Shown here: piece by piece, positions 51,003-64,000 of the stretch | Layout: every line of letters starts with the position of its first letter | Numbering within the stretch: the first letter of the stretch is position 1 | Source of the DNA: Octopus sinensis | Taxonomy: Eukaryota | DNA length: 64,000 nucleotides | NCBI RefSeq assembly: GCF_006345805.1 | Contig: NC_042998.1 | Span: 160,642,001-160,706,000 of the forward strand | Direction: 5' to 3' | Position numbers and translations under genes: made by a program | Notes under the pieces: generated by a model | Seen by the model: the letters and a program-made list of their open reading frames with translations, nothing else | Told to the model about the DNA's origin: nothing | Database searches by the model: none

Positions 51003-51765
51003 AATGTACAAACATTTCCAGGATGTGGTTGGTAAGCTAGTATAGAATTTAGATGTAGTTTGGGAATTGCTGCTGCATCTATCTTTATATGTATTTATGT
51101 TTTGTATTGGTCTAAAGCAACTAAGAAATACGTTATTTGTTTTTAGGAATATTGTTTTAGTACCATTCTGTAAGATTATTTTTCTGTTGTGTTTAGGAAC
51201 TGATCAACTTTTAGACAGGGTTTCTGTGATTTTTGAGTAGGACGCAGACATGAACTGTAATCATCTAAATCAGTCCTTGTGTCTACAGGTTTCACCTGCT
51301 AAGTATTGTACACAAATGAAACAGAATCAATCAAAACCCTTTGATCAATATGTCACAGGAAATTAACAATGAACTTGCTTTTGAGGTCACCAAGTAATAA
51401 ATGATGATGACTTTGGATCTATGAGTGTATGCATGAATGCATATAGTTGATAGTACATTTTAAATCTTAAATCTACACTTAATCTAATTCTCCCTCTCCC
51501 TCCCTCTCTCTCTCTCTCTCTCATACACACACACATGCATACACGCACATGCACACACGCACATGCACACACGCACATGCACACACGCACACATTTTTCA
51601 AATCCAGGCAGAGTGTGACTAGATGTACAAATTCAGATATTTCATGAGGCTGTTAACGTCATTAACATAACATTACAATGAAATAAGGAACTCAGAACAG
51701 GAAGCTATTTTCCAAAAGCTTTGAAATCAACACCTTATTTACCTAAACCATTACATTACTACTAC

Positions 51766-51804
<39 letters not shown>

Positions 51805-52669
51805 TATTATTATTATTATTATTGTTGTTGTTATTATTATTATTAAAAGTAGCTGACATTGGTAAGTTGACTGAAATAACAGTCCTATTAAATAACTTAC
51901 AGTATGACTGTGTATGCTTTGAATTCAAATCCCACTGACTTTGTCTTTTTTCTTATCTAAGGTTGATAAATAAGTACCAGTAAAATACTGTGACAGCTTC
52001 ACTGATTGATAGGTTCTTCTCCCAACAAAGATTGACCTTCTATTTACACAATATAACTGAAGGTTAGCTTCTTAGTAGAAATAGTATTGTAGTAGATTTC
52101 CTTTTTCAGTACCAATCTTTTTGAGACTACCTCTCATTCCTTGATACAAAAACCCTATCATTTTAAAATGTTCATATGTAAATTAAAACCTTCCATCATA
52201 ATTCCAAAGAAGAATCTTTTGTTAAGTTATGTTTCAAACAAGAGCTTAATAATGAAACAGTTTTGTTCATACTTTTTAAATATTTAGTGATTTTTTGAAA
52301 TTGATTGATGCATATTTATTTAGAAATACAGTCATAAAAGTATTTAGTGTCATTCTACATTCTAAATTAACTGTGTTGGAAACAAGCTAATATAATTTTC
52401 ATTCAGGAGGGAAGGCAGTGTCCATGATTCTTTGTAAGACATTTGTTTTGAGTATATCTTTTGTGGAGAAGGAAGTGACTTGAAGTGAACGCTTGCAATA
52501 GAGTGGATTCCTCTAAAGACACTGCAAAACTAGGTGGTGGCTATGACAGGATTTGAACTCAGAACTTAAAGAACATGAACAAATACAATAAGGCATCTGA
52601 TCTGACTTTCCAATGGATCTGTTAACAAACCACTCAGAATGGATACCTTTTCATCAACCCTGAAATAAT

Positions 52670-52870
52670 CCTTTCTACTAAAGGCATAAGGCTTGAATAT
52701 TTTTGTGGGGGGACTAGTTGATTACATTGACTTCAGTGCTTAGCTGGTACTTACTTTATTGATCCTGAAATGACAAAAGGTAAAGCTAACTCCGGTGGAA
52801 TTTGAACTCAGAATGTGAAGACGGATGAAATACTGCAGAGCATTTCACCTGGTGTGCCAGCTTGCTGCCT
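52670..52870 (-). mobile_element. SINE family 2
   Basis: CTTTCTACTAAAGGCATAAGGC...GGAATTTGAACTCAGAATG. Confidence 0.8.
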
Positions 52871-53323
52871 TATCAACCCTGAAATAATAAAAAGCTAAGC
52901 TGGCCTCCATAGAATGTGAACCATGTATGCAAAGAGTTGGAATAAATACCACAAGGCAATTTAAGTGAAACTCTAACATCTCTGCTTTAACTTCTAGAAA
53001 TAGCAACCAAATCTCCTTTCAGTCTCACTCCACTACTTTAAAAAATGGAAGAACATATTAAATGATATAGTCTAGAATCTACAAAAAGACAGGATGGTCA
53101 TAGTTAAAATGTTTTGATCATGGATCTGTTGAACCAAAGCTAGGGCTTAAACAATGACAACATCACAGACCTTATCCCTCCAGTGGTTGATAAAAAGTAA
53201 ACACAAAATCTTAACACACAGTTGAATGTACAAGGAGAGGAATATATCAAATAATTATAAGCAAAAATGTCCTAAATCTCAAATAAGTAATACAGTTCTA
53301 TATTTAAGAGATGAGGAATTATG

Positions 53324-53417
53324 TACATTATTTACATTCGATGGGTATTTGTCCTCAAAACATTGTGTTAACAACAAACAAGATGAGGACAAATATCCGT
53401 TGAATGTAAATAATGTA
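53324..53417 (+). other. 34-bp inverted repeat / hairpin with 26-nt loop
   Basis: 53324-53357 pairs with 53384-53417; only three non-Watson-Crick positions, all G-U on the + strand. Confidence 0.9.
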
Positions 53418-54138
53418 AATAATGCTCAAATAAGTAGTTTTGAAAATAGTGATACTAACAATAATAGCAGTAGCAACTCTTATACAAATTCAAATACTGT
53501 GGTTTATTCATACTGCAGTTGTGTTTAAGTAAAGCTTCCTTGAGATTTCTTTTAAGTTCAATGTAATCTAAGTTTTAATTTTACCATTAACCTATCTTTT
53601 GCATGTTGTTTATATTCTGAACCTGTTTTTGTTCATAGGAGGGTTTTCATTGATTTTGATGTTTTACACCGAGTATCCCATTTTCAACAATTTTTTCTCT
53701 TTTTTTTAACCCCTTTATCATTTTCACTGGCCATTTGCAAATTTTCATCTGTAATTATTTCTTCTTTATCATGTAATGTGAAACAACAAGTTGACATTGT
53801 TAGCGGACTAAGAGTTTGATCATCTATTTTCGATAGTGGGTATAAAGGTATTTCACTTGCCATTCTCAGAGTATTGGCTGGTAGTGTTCTGGAAACCAGA
53901 GTTTGTTGTCTGCTGTGTTGTTACTGCTGATCTTCATTATTTTCATTTCATTTCTCACCCTTAATCTTTCCAGTTCTTCTGGGCTATCAACTCTGAGGTA
54001 ACTTTTATTCAAACAAATGTATGTTGTTGATATGAAATATATTTCAAATATATATATTTCTTTGTTTTGTTTTGTTTTTTGAAGCTTTGATGAAGCTATA
54101 GAATGATACTCAGGAACTCAACTATGAGTACATTGCAC

Positions 54139-54530
54139 CTACATCATTGAGTGCATTGTATCTATATCATTTGCAATGTCTCTTATTGCCACTCTTGAGT
54201 TCTTTCGATCTATGTACTGGAATACAATTGTTTTGGCTGAGTCTTCGGTTTTGAAGGTATAGTAGATAGTAACATAACTTTTGCCTATCTCAATTTTGAG
54301 AACTGATTTGTACAAAAGAACCTGTTGTACTATTTGATATAAGGATGATTTAATCTGCATCTGTTCTTTTGGGAGGAGAGATTTATAATCTTCCTCTTTG
54401 TCCTCTCCTGGATTAGTTTCAGTGCCAAAGAAATGTTGTTTAGTTTTACAAAATTCTGCTATCGGTAGTTTTTCATGTAATTTTGATAGATCTAACACAA
54501 ATCTAACAAATAAAAGTTTTAGACTTGCTG
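54139..54530 (-). CDS. Hypothetical ~130-codon ORF without ATG start; RRM-like or LINE ORF1-like pattern; enclosed by inverted repeats
   Basis: Longest non-microsatellite ORF outside the recognised LINEs; the track start is TTG and lies in the inverted repeat; KIEIGKSYVTIYYTFKTEDSAKTIV has a beta-beta-alpha RRM-like pattern (judged by eye). Confidence 0.3.
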
Positions 54531-56199
54531 AAGAAGTTATAATTAACAAAAACAAGTTCAGAATATAAACAACATGCAAAAGATGAATTATTAGTAAAAT
54601 TAAAGCACATTAAATCGATCTTAAAAGAAATCGCCCTCCAGATGTTAGCATTTTCCAACACCAAATGTCTGAAAAAATGCTTATTGTTGCATTCGCCTAC
54701 ACTCCCACTCAGCAGGTTAATGGAGAACCCTAACTAAATGTAATCATATATATATATATGTGTGTATATGTATGTATATACACATGCATACATCTAGAGA
54801 GAGAGAGAGAAAGTGAGAGGGAGGTGAAAGCAAAATAAGTTCATAGTAGTGCACAAATAGATTCGAACACCAACTTCTTCATTCAGAGCTTGTGCTTGGC
54901 ATCAAAAACTATAAGAGCAATCTTTGTCAAGCTGTTATGGTAGCACAAAGGTAGATAGACATAAAAAAATAATTTTTTTTCTTTATATTATAACCTGCAT
55001 TTTGTGCTCCATGTAGATATATGTCTCAAGCCTAACTGTATTTATCTACCTTACTACATGCATGTGTGTATATGCGTACATGCATGTACCTTTAAAATTT
55101 TAATACATTTTCCCATGTATTGTATAATATCCTTCATCCCCTCCTGTCATATTAGTGTCTTTCATACTCCCCATTTTTTTTCTTTCTTTGAAACTGTCAG
55201 CGAAAGTTATGTATTTCTTGAGCACTTCTGGCTAATAAAGAAAAGATTATCATCATCATCAATATTATTATTATTGTTATCAACCAGGAAAAGTGGATGA
55301 AAATAATAGTGATTATGATTAACAAAATGTTTCTCTAGATAGTTTACTTCGTATTAGTTACTCATGCAAAAGCACTTTCTCTCTTTAACAAAAATATAAA
55401 CAAATAATAAATTATATTTAAACAGCCTCAAAGAAATATCTGTAAGAATGAAAAATAATTATATATGAACAAGCAAAAAAAGAAGATAACATTAAATAAT
55501 ATAAATAAAATAATATTTGTAAATCAGTGAACATGAACAGGTTTTCTCTCAAAATTAAAACCAAGTGTCTTTGAGTAATGAGGCTTACCAATTGGTAGTT
55601 TTTGTTCTTGGTACTAATTATTAGTAATCATTAAATCTATTGGCAAAAAAAAAATTAGTAGCTAAATAAAAAAATGAAAAACAACACAAAATATAATAAA
55701 ATAAAAAAGACTTTGATAATGTACACACAACGAAATTAAATCATAATTCAAGCATAGCTTTATAGTATAAGCAAAAAGCCCGACCTCTCTTCAACTTTCC
55801 AAATTCAGAAAATGACATTTGTTTCAATTGCAGATATGTAACTTTTTTAATGTATTTTTTAATTAATTTTTTTATATTATCAACTTACTACAATCATTTC
55901 TATTTTATCTAATATTGATTGAAAGATTAGGAGAGAAAATGAATAAAAATAAATAAATAAACAAATATTCTTCTGTAATCTTAAATAACTGGACCACAGA
56001 ATCTTGGCCCCCAAATGTGCTGCTTAGTAACCCCTGAATATACAATAATCCTTACTGCTTTTGGATGTTAGCTTCTCTCTAACTAATCAGATTTATCTGC
56101 TTATATTGACGGGCTTAGCTCAACCACAAGGTCAGTTTTGATTTAGAATTTATGACTCTCATAATCAAAAATCAAATTCACTAAATAACTTTATTGATG

Positions 56200-56206
56200 T
56201 AATCAA

Positions 56207-56242
<36 letters not shown>

Positions 56243-56324
56243 ATGTACATGTGTGTATACAAGCACACAAACACACACTTATAGATATGTATATACATAA
56301 TTATTATAGCAATATGTATGTGTG

Positions 56325-56393
<69 letters not shown>

Positions 56394-56456
56394 GTGTATA
56401 TATATACATATGTGTGTATATATATATGTATGTATATTTGCATATATATATACATA

Positions 56457-56503
<47 letters not shown>

Positions 56504-56508
56504 GTATG

Positions 56509-56548
<40 letters not shown>

Positions 56549-56563
56549 AAATAAAGATTACAA

Positions 56564-56594
<31 letters not shown>

Positions 56595-56610
56595 GTATAC
56601 ATACACACAC
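56200..56610. repeat. (TA)n/(TG)n compound microsatellite
   Basis: Direct inspection. Confidence 0.95.
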
Positions 56611-56880
56611 ATACATATAATTATTATATGTTCTTTTTCATATTGTTTAATATCCTCACCCCTAGCACCACCAATGCCTCCTTCCTTTTAATGGGAATTA
56701 TGTCTTTCTATGAAGAATTGAGTCACCAAGCATTATTTCTATATTAGTGGAGTGGATAAATTATATATATTTTATATTTATTTACTTTTATTTTTATAAC
56801 TATTGAAAAATACTTTGAAGATTCTAAATAGTTATGGAGAACAAGAAGTAGAAATTATATACATACATACATACATACAT

Positions 56881-56929
<49 letters not shown>

Positions 56930-56964
<35 letters not shown>

Positions 56965-57671
56965 TATGAAGGAGAGAGGGCAAGAGTGTAAGTGAGGAAA
57001 GATGGTGAAAGACAATAAAAGGAAAAGGAAATGTATGAAAAAAATGGATACTAAAAATTGTGAAATAAACATTTTTTTTTAAAAAGAGAGAAAAACACTA
57101 ATACTGTGACACATCGACAGAGAATGAAGGGGTAAAAAGAACAAAAATGAAGAAAATGAGGAAAAGATGGTTATATCAAAATAAGAGAAAGAATTAAAAA
57201 AAATATGTAGGAAAAGATAATAAGGAAATAAAAATCAACAGATTGGAGATAGCAATTAATAATGTTCACATCACAAAGAATGGAATGAGAGGGAGAGAGA
57301 GAGGGGGAGAGAGAGAGGGAGAGGGAGAGAGGGAGAGAGAGGGAGAGAGAGGGAGAGAGAGGAGGAGAGAGAGGGAGAGAGAGAGAGAGGGAGAGGGAGA
57401 GAATGGGGGCATAAAATTAAAGTGAGGACAGAAGATGAGAGGTGGAACTGAAGATTGAAGTAAAAAGAGAAAAAAATGATGGGAGAAAGAAGGAAGGGAG
57501 AGAGGGAGTGTAAGGTGAGAGAATTAAAGAGTAAGAGATGAGAGAATGTAGGAAACAAAGATTAGAGAGAGAAAATATGTGATAAGGGAGGGGGAATATA
57601 AAGTGAGGAAGAAAGGGAGAGAAAGTAAAGAAGGGATTAAGAAAAAAAAAGTTGAAAAAAAGATAAGATAG

Positions 57672-57734
<63 letters not shown>

Positions 57735-57879
57735 CAGAGAAAGCGAGAGAGAGAGAGAGACAGAGAAATACAGAGAGATGGGGAGAGAGTTCAGAAAGGA
57801 AAGTGAGTGAGAAATACAGAAATAGGAAAGAAAGGTTGAGGCAGAAAGAAAGAATGTTGTGTGTGTGTGTATATGATAA

Positions 57880-57944
<65 letters not shown>

Positions 57945-58121
57945 TAAGATATATGATAAAGAGAGAGAGAGAGAGAGAGAGATCAATGGTTGACAGAAAT
58001 AATCCAGATGGAAGTTGGAATGAGAAAGCTGAATATAGAGTAAAGAAAACAAGAAAGTGAAGGGAAGAGAAAGCCTGAGCAATAACAGTGGAAATAATAA
58101 TGGGAGAATGAAAGAGTATTA

Positions 58122-58187
<66 letters not shown>

Positions 58188-58200
58188 CAAGAGACAGTGT
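56930..58200. repeat. Long polypurine (GA-rich) tract
   Basis: About 1.2 kb dominated by A/G on the + strand with several (GA)n runs. Confidence 0.9.
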
Positions 58201-58868
58201 TTAGTAATACCCCTGTAACCATCTTGATTATAGATATAATAGTTCCTATTAGTTATTTTTAATTTATCTATTAATTTATTTATCTAATTATTTATTGTTT
58301 GTACCACAGTTGGCAAACAATAGTGTTGGTGGTTCAGATTTTCAGTAACATGCAAATCATTGGTTCACTGCATTCTGATGGAAATGGTCAAAGAGTGTTT
58401 GTGTAACTTGTTGCTGAACAAATATCACAAGGGACTGTTTTCAAATATACACTGGTGAAAGATATACACATATACTTGTATGCACACAGTGAGACTGAAC
58501 CCAGAACCATTTGAGTGGGAAGCAAACTTCTTACCATGCCACCATGCCTGTGCCTATGTGTGTGTGTGTGTGAGTATTTCATATTATACTATGAAGCAGT
58601 ACATGGTACCAGAATTTTTTAATTAAGCCAAATATGTTGTTATATATATAAAAAATTAAATAAATGATAAGGGGAATCAGAAATTATGCCATGAACTTTA
58701 TTAGTGTACAGCTGTTTCTGCTATGAGATGCAATGCACGCATAGGTGATTGCTTCAGTATCACTCTATAGCTTCATCAGAGCTTCAAAAAACAAAACAAA
58801 AAAAACAAAGAAATATATACATTTGAAATATATTTCACACACACAAATATATATGTGTGTATGTGTGT

Positions 58869-58975
58869 GTGTGTGTGTGACAGTGTGTGTGTGACAGTGT
58901 GTGTGTGACAGTGTGTGTGTGACAGTGTGTGTGTGACAGTGTGTGTGTGACAGTGTGTGTGTGACAGTGTGAGTC
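58869..58975. repeat. 14-bp minisatellite (CAGTGTGTGTGTGA) x ~7
   Basis: Direct inspection. Confidence 0.9.
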
Positions 58976-59149
58976 AGTGAGACGTGTGCTATGCATGTAC
59001 GTGTGACATCTTGTTCACTGGTTGTGAACAATGCCTCACCAAATACCCACTGTTAGAATATATTACAAAAATATCAGACCTGTAGATAATAATGGTATTT
59101 TTATATAAGCTTAAAGCTTATGATGATCACCGTGCAATGACTAAGGAAA

Positions 59150-59520
59150 ATAGTCTATAAAGGGAGCATATAAGCCCTTGATAGAAAAAAGAAGGCTTTC
59201 CTATCCAAAAAATTTTCAACAAATCACAGAACAATGTATTTCAACTTTTAATGTGATATATAAATTCCATTGCAAACATGTAAGTTGTTATCCTTGTGGA
59301 TTAAACTGCTACATTGGTCATACAACTACAACACTCTCTCATCGTTTGACCATGCATTGATAACAAGGAGTCATTGCAACTCATTACAACACTGTACATA
59401 TGACAAAATATAAGGAAAGATAATATTTGACAATATTACAATTCTAGAATTATACAAAAATTGAGAAGAATATCTAAGATGGATTAACAATGAAAACTTT
59501 TGGATTTTAGAATGGAATAA
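59150..59520 (+). mobile_element. Penelope-like element GIY-YIG endonuclease remnant
   Basis: NVIYKFHC...CYIGHTTTTLSHRLTMH..QGVI..H..H....IFDNITIL matches PLE GIY-YIG motifs; stops and a frameshift follow. Confidence 0.8.
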
Positions 59521-59689
59521 CTTTCTTAATCTGGTATTGAAGAAAAAGAAAATAATCATCTGTGCACACAAGATCCTAGGCAAGCAAAAATCATACTGTA
59601 TTTGTATTGTTTCATGGGTCATCAGCACATATAATCACTACTCGAATTGCTACTCCATGGCCAACATGTTCAGGAGTTAGACACAACAT

Positions 59690-59880
59690 CATCATCATCA
59701 TCATCACCATTACATCACCACCACTATCATAATCATCATCATCTAATGCTTATTTTCCATGCTGGCATGGGTTGGACAGTTTGACAGGTTCTGCCGAGTT
59801 GCAGGACTGCATTGACCTCCAGTGGCAGCTTCAGCATGATTTCTGCAGCTGGATGCCCTTTCTAACAACGATTTTACAGG
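59690..59880 (-). mobile_element. RTE-type terminal tail
   Basis: (CAT)n then TTTTCCATGCTGGCATGGGTTGGACAGTTTGACAGG...CAGCTGGATGCCCTTTCTAAC. Confidence 0.8.
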
Positions 59881-60197
59881 GAGTAGTCCTGGGTGTATTT
59901 TTCAGGTCACTGACATTAGTGAGGTCACCAGACAGAACAAGGAGAGGGAAAAAAAAACCTTGGTGAAGCTGGAGAAGTATCTAAGAGGAGTCGGTGGCTT
60001 CATGTGAGGTGTTGGGAAGCTAAGGTATGGTAGATGTAACAAGCATACTAGAATCTTGAATTCTTTTATCAGAATCTCTACAGAATGGTCAAATTTCAGT
60101 AGTCTTTCTTTGTCAGATTTTTAGTAAGAAAAACATTCTTATATCAGATTGAATTTCCTCTCTTGTTGCATGTCTTCCAAGACATTTTTCTGCCCAG

Positions 60198-60395
60198 TGA
60201 TGATGACGATGACGGCAATGATGATGAGGATGATGCTGATGATGATGATGGTGACGATGACAATGAAGGTGATGGTGATGATAATGATAACAAATATGAT
60301 GACAATGATGGTGATGATAGTGATGATGGTGGTGATGATGATGATGATAATGATGACGATGATGGTGATGGTGATGACGATGATGGTGATGAAAT
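60198..60395. repeat. Degenerate (GAT)n trinucleotide tract
   Basis: Direct inspection. Confidence 0.9.
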
Positions 60396-60696
60396 GAAAA
60401 TGAAGACATTTGATCTCATACATTGTTTACGTTTTAACTCGTCAGATGATTTTTCTGTTACTTTTACATTATTTATGTTTTGTCTTGAGAAATTGCTGGT
60501 CATTTTCAAGTTTCACATTACACACAGACACCCACCAACTATGTCTAACAATTAGATATCTATGAAATAAATGTGTGTAGAACATGAAACTTCTTAAGAC
60601 ATCTCAGTCAGACTGCAAAAGGTGCCTTGTTAGCATTGCAGTCCAACTGAAATGATAAATGATGTACATCTTTTGTTATCTAAATCTTGTTAAATG

Positions 60697-60910
60697 GCAG
60701 TGAGTTGGCAGAATTGATAAAATGCAGGACAAAGTGCTTAGTGACATTTCATCCGGCTTTATGTTTTGAGTTCAAATTCTGCCAAGGTCGACTTTACCTT
60801 CCATCCTTTTGGGGTTGATAAAATAAGTACCAGTTAAGCATTGGGGTCAATCTGATCAACTTACCTCCTTCCTTGTAATTCCTGGCTTTGTGCCAAAATT
60901 TGAAACCATT
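60697..60910 (+). mobile_element. SINE family 2
   Basis: GGCAGTGAGTTGGCAGAAT...TTGAGTTCAAATTCTGCCAAGGTCGACTTT...AAATTTGAAACCATTAT. Confidence 0.85.
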
Positions 60911-61774
60911 ATCTAAATCTTGTTAGATAAGAAAATATATCATGATTAAAGTAATAATGTATAATAACAATATATGGATTAGTATCCCAACCATATTCTT
61001 TTGAAAGTTATCTCCTGATTTCTGTTTAACGTCTTCAATCAACTCTTAATGACTACTAATCCCAAATATAATTGTCAAACTGAAACAAGACTTTGGTAAC
61101 ATGGTACAAAGACTTCTTAGTCAAACACACAGCTCATATTAAAGATTTCATTAATTAGTTCCATATTAACATGTATGGTTAATAACACTTACAAAGCTAT
61201 ATAAAGTGCCATTGAAATTTATCTAATGTAGGATCATGCATTGGGGTCATTCAACCTGCTAGAAGTAGCAGTCAAATTTGGCTCAAATCACACCTGACAT
61301 TAAAAAAGGAAGGATAGATTGATTGAATAATATAGTCTTAGATACATTTAGTCTAAAAAGATGAGATAGTTATGGTTGGAATACCTTAGATCATAAGCCT
61401 GCAAAATCTGAGTTAACTTGAAACTAAACAACAGTTAACTCAGTTTTGGAGTTTATGAAAGGCATTTTAGCTTAAATTTCTTCAGGTCTACCTTCATTTA
61501 TTTTTTATGATAGAAACAGTGCCTTCTCTGACTGTTGCAGCCAATGTCCAAGTTACTGTCTGTAGAAAAGTGCAATCGAAATGAAAGCAAAGTTTTAATT
61601 TGAATATTTGCAATGGAGTGTACTCAGCAAAAGACATCCAAGTATTAGATAAAATTTTAAGCAGGGCAATATATTAAGGTTTACTACTATATTTGTAATT
61701 TACTAGATTTTATTTATTTAGAGATATAAAGGTAGTGTGCAAGTAGAATTGTTATTAAAAAAAATAATAAATGC

Positions 61775-62020
61775 ACCCTTTTAAAGCTTAGACAGGCTCA
61801 TGGGCCCAGTTTCCCGGTTTCAATGGCATATGTGTTCCCCAGCTGGATTGGACCTCAGTCCATCGCAGCGTTACTCATTTTTGCCAGCTGAGTGGAATGG
61901 AGCAACGTGAAATGAAGTGTTTTGCTCAAGAACACAACACGTCACCCTGTCTAGGAATTGAAACCACAATCTTACGATCATGATGCTAACACCCTAACCA
62001 CTAAACCACGCACCTCCACA
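61775..62020 (-). mobile_element. tRNA-derived SINE family 4
   Basis: ACTCATTTTTGCCAGCTGAGTGGAATGGAGCAAC...TTGCTCAAGAACAC...CCCTAACCACTAAACCACGCACCTCCAC. Confidence 0.8.
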
Positions 62021-62029
62021 GAATTGTTA

Positions 62030-63110
62030 TTACATTGGGAAAAATGCTTAGCGTGGTTCTTCTGGCTCTTTAAGTTCTGAATTCAAAAGCCACTAAGGTT
62101 GACTTTCTCTTTCATTCTTTTGGAGTAGATAAACTAAGTACCAGTTGAGCATGGGTTGATGTAAATCAGCTAGCTCCTGCCACTAAATTTCAGGCCTTGT
62201 GTCTATATTAGTAATAATTTAAATAGAAATATAATATGAATTTAAAACCTTATATTGTTTAAAACTTCAATTGCCTTCTATCAGCTGTTGTTCCATCTTT
62301 CCTTACATTCACCACCTTATCATATATTTCTCCATCTTTTAAAGGGATTAAAAAAGGTTATCGCTCACGCAATGTCTCAAATTGTTCTATGATATAAACT
62401 CAAGCATCTTGCTACAAGACTTGTACACACTTATTAGCAGTGATTGTTTATTTACAAAGTACATCTACTCAAGATGAAGAGTTAATAAGCTGGGAATAAT
62501 AGCATAAGAGAGAAACAAATAAATTTGCTGAGAGTTGATCAAGTAGAAACAAACAGAATTGATACAAGGAAGTTTAAACAAGACCTAATGAAGTTTTGTA
62601 ATGGTTTCAAATTTTGGTTCAAGTCCAACAAATTTGGGAGAGGGGACAGGCTGATTACATCGACCCCAGTGTTCAACTAGTACTCATTTTATTGACCTCA
62701 AAAGGATGAAAGGCAAAGCTGACCTCAATGGAATTTGAACTCAGAATGTACAAACAAATGAAATGCCACTAAGTGTTTTGTCTGGCATGCTAATGGTTTA
62801 GCCAGCTCACTGCTTTAATGAAGTTTCATGAGAGAAAAAAACTCTATTAGTGGTATTAAGGGTGGCTATAGTGATGGCAATGACAGTCATGATAATTCTT
62901 TCTACTATAGACACAAGGCTCGAAAATTTGTGGGGAGGGAGCTAGTTGATTATATTGACCCCCGTATTCAGCTGGTGCTTCTTGTATTGAACCTGAAAAG
63001 ACAAACAGCAAAGTTGGCCTCAGCAGAATTTGAACTCAGAACATAAAGATAGGTGAAATGGTGTTAAGCATTTTGTCTGGTGTGCTAATGATCCTGCCAG
63101 CTTCCTACCT
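62030..63110. mobile_element. Three SINE family 2 copies (~62030-62215 +, ~62600-62820 -, ~62900-63110 -)
   Basis: Family 2 motifs. Confidence 0.75.
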
Positions 63111-64000
63111 TAATGACAGTGATAATACTGATTATGAAAATGATGTTAGCTCCATGGTCTTATATTATATATGATCTTTGAGGTAACAAAACTCTTAAAG
63201 CAGATAGTCAATGTTGTATTAATAGGATGCTTTATTTGCCATGTTGTTCCAGTTTGCCTTGCATTACAGGACAGCTGTAAACCTGTATTGACTTCTGAAT
63301 TTTAAAGTCCTACTGAAATATTGGTGAGAGTCAAATGCTTTGTTTCTTCATTGAATAAATAAGTTGAACATTATTATTTCCTTGTCACATTGATGCAATG
63401 AAGCATTAAGAATGCAGTAATTTTATTTAAAGGAAAATTGATAATCAATTAACGAAATTACTTAGTAATCCAAAAGTGATAAATTATTAGATACTGATCT
63501 TCAAGTTAATGGCAACGAATTGTTTCTTTCTTTTTTACATTCTTGAATTGTTTAATTTTTTTTGTGTTGCTTTTGCAATAAAAAATATTTACATGAATGC
63601 AAAATAGTAACTGACTACAAAACCATAAATGTAAAGTTATGAAACTCTTCGTGTCTTTGTCTCTTTCTCTGTCTCTCTCACATACATCTAAATGAATTTA
63701 TTGTTGGTTAATTTGGAAACGAACAGAAAATACATGCTTAGATTTTTAACAAAGAGAATATTAGCAGATACATGGAACTAGCCTGGGTACCCAATCAAAT
63801 GCCCAGGCAATAACTTGATTTTCAGTTATGACTAATTAAGAGTAAAATCAAACCCTGTTGAATAAATGTGTTTTATTAATAAATTAAATCTGATAATTTT
63901 ATTATTAATTGCACCCCTCACCTCTCTGGTTTATGTCTTGTGGAAATGCAATGATACAATAAAACCTCTTGGCAGACCATATTTCTTGTTTGGTTATTTG

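Noticed and set aside
53226-53528. 100-aa + strand ORF
   Set aside because: Spans the palindrome and an AAT-rich tract; no recognisable motif
54531-54579. Signal peptide MHVVYILNLFLLIITSSAS
   Set aside because: The start codon is TTG and the segment is the inverted repeat / pyrimidine-rich sequence, not a credible N-terminus
60113-60555. Asp-rich biomineralisation-type or poly-His protein
   Set aside because: Degenerate (GAT)n tract open in most frames, with no signal peptide or exon structure

Overview
AT-rich, microsatellite-dense eukaryotic DNA that is almost entirely transposon-derived. The repeat families and a C2H2 linker remnant look like those of Octopus; this is from recall, not a search. 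I could not support any intact host protein-coding gene, rRNA, true tRNA or CRISPR array, so the window is most likely intergenic or part of a large intron. Most ORFs in the track are microsatellite artefacts. Supported content: (i) several 5'-truncated RTE-type LINE copies, two with long reading frames (6840-7660, 26005-26868) that carry a PHD-like C4HC3 finger inside the RT region; (ii) a stack of R4/Dong-like RLE retrotransposon 3' fragments separated by (AAT)n arrays (15.6-17.6 kb); (iii) a Penelope-like GIY-YIG remnant (59.2 kb) and two decayed hammerhead-like motifs; (iv) many tRNA-derived SINEs, TTAA-flanked MITEs and a mariner MITE; (v) a near-perfect 1.1-kb tandem duplication that may be an assembly artefact. 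The least explained structures are: a 61-66 bp two-hairpin array expanding inside the RTE 3' UTR, a TSD-flanked insertion of 2.2 x ~350-bp units (50.1-50.8 kb), a ~130-codon ORF enclosed by inverted repeats (53.5-54.6 kb) beside a 34-bp hairpin, and a possible 5S-derived SINE (17.6-18.3 kb). None can be called a new biological system without repeat-library searches. Many SINE boundaries are approximate (+/- 10-20 bp).
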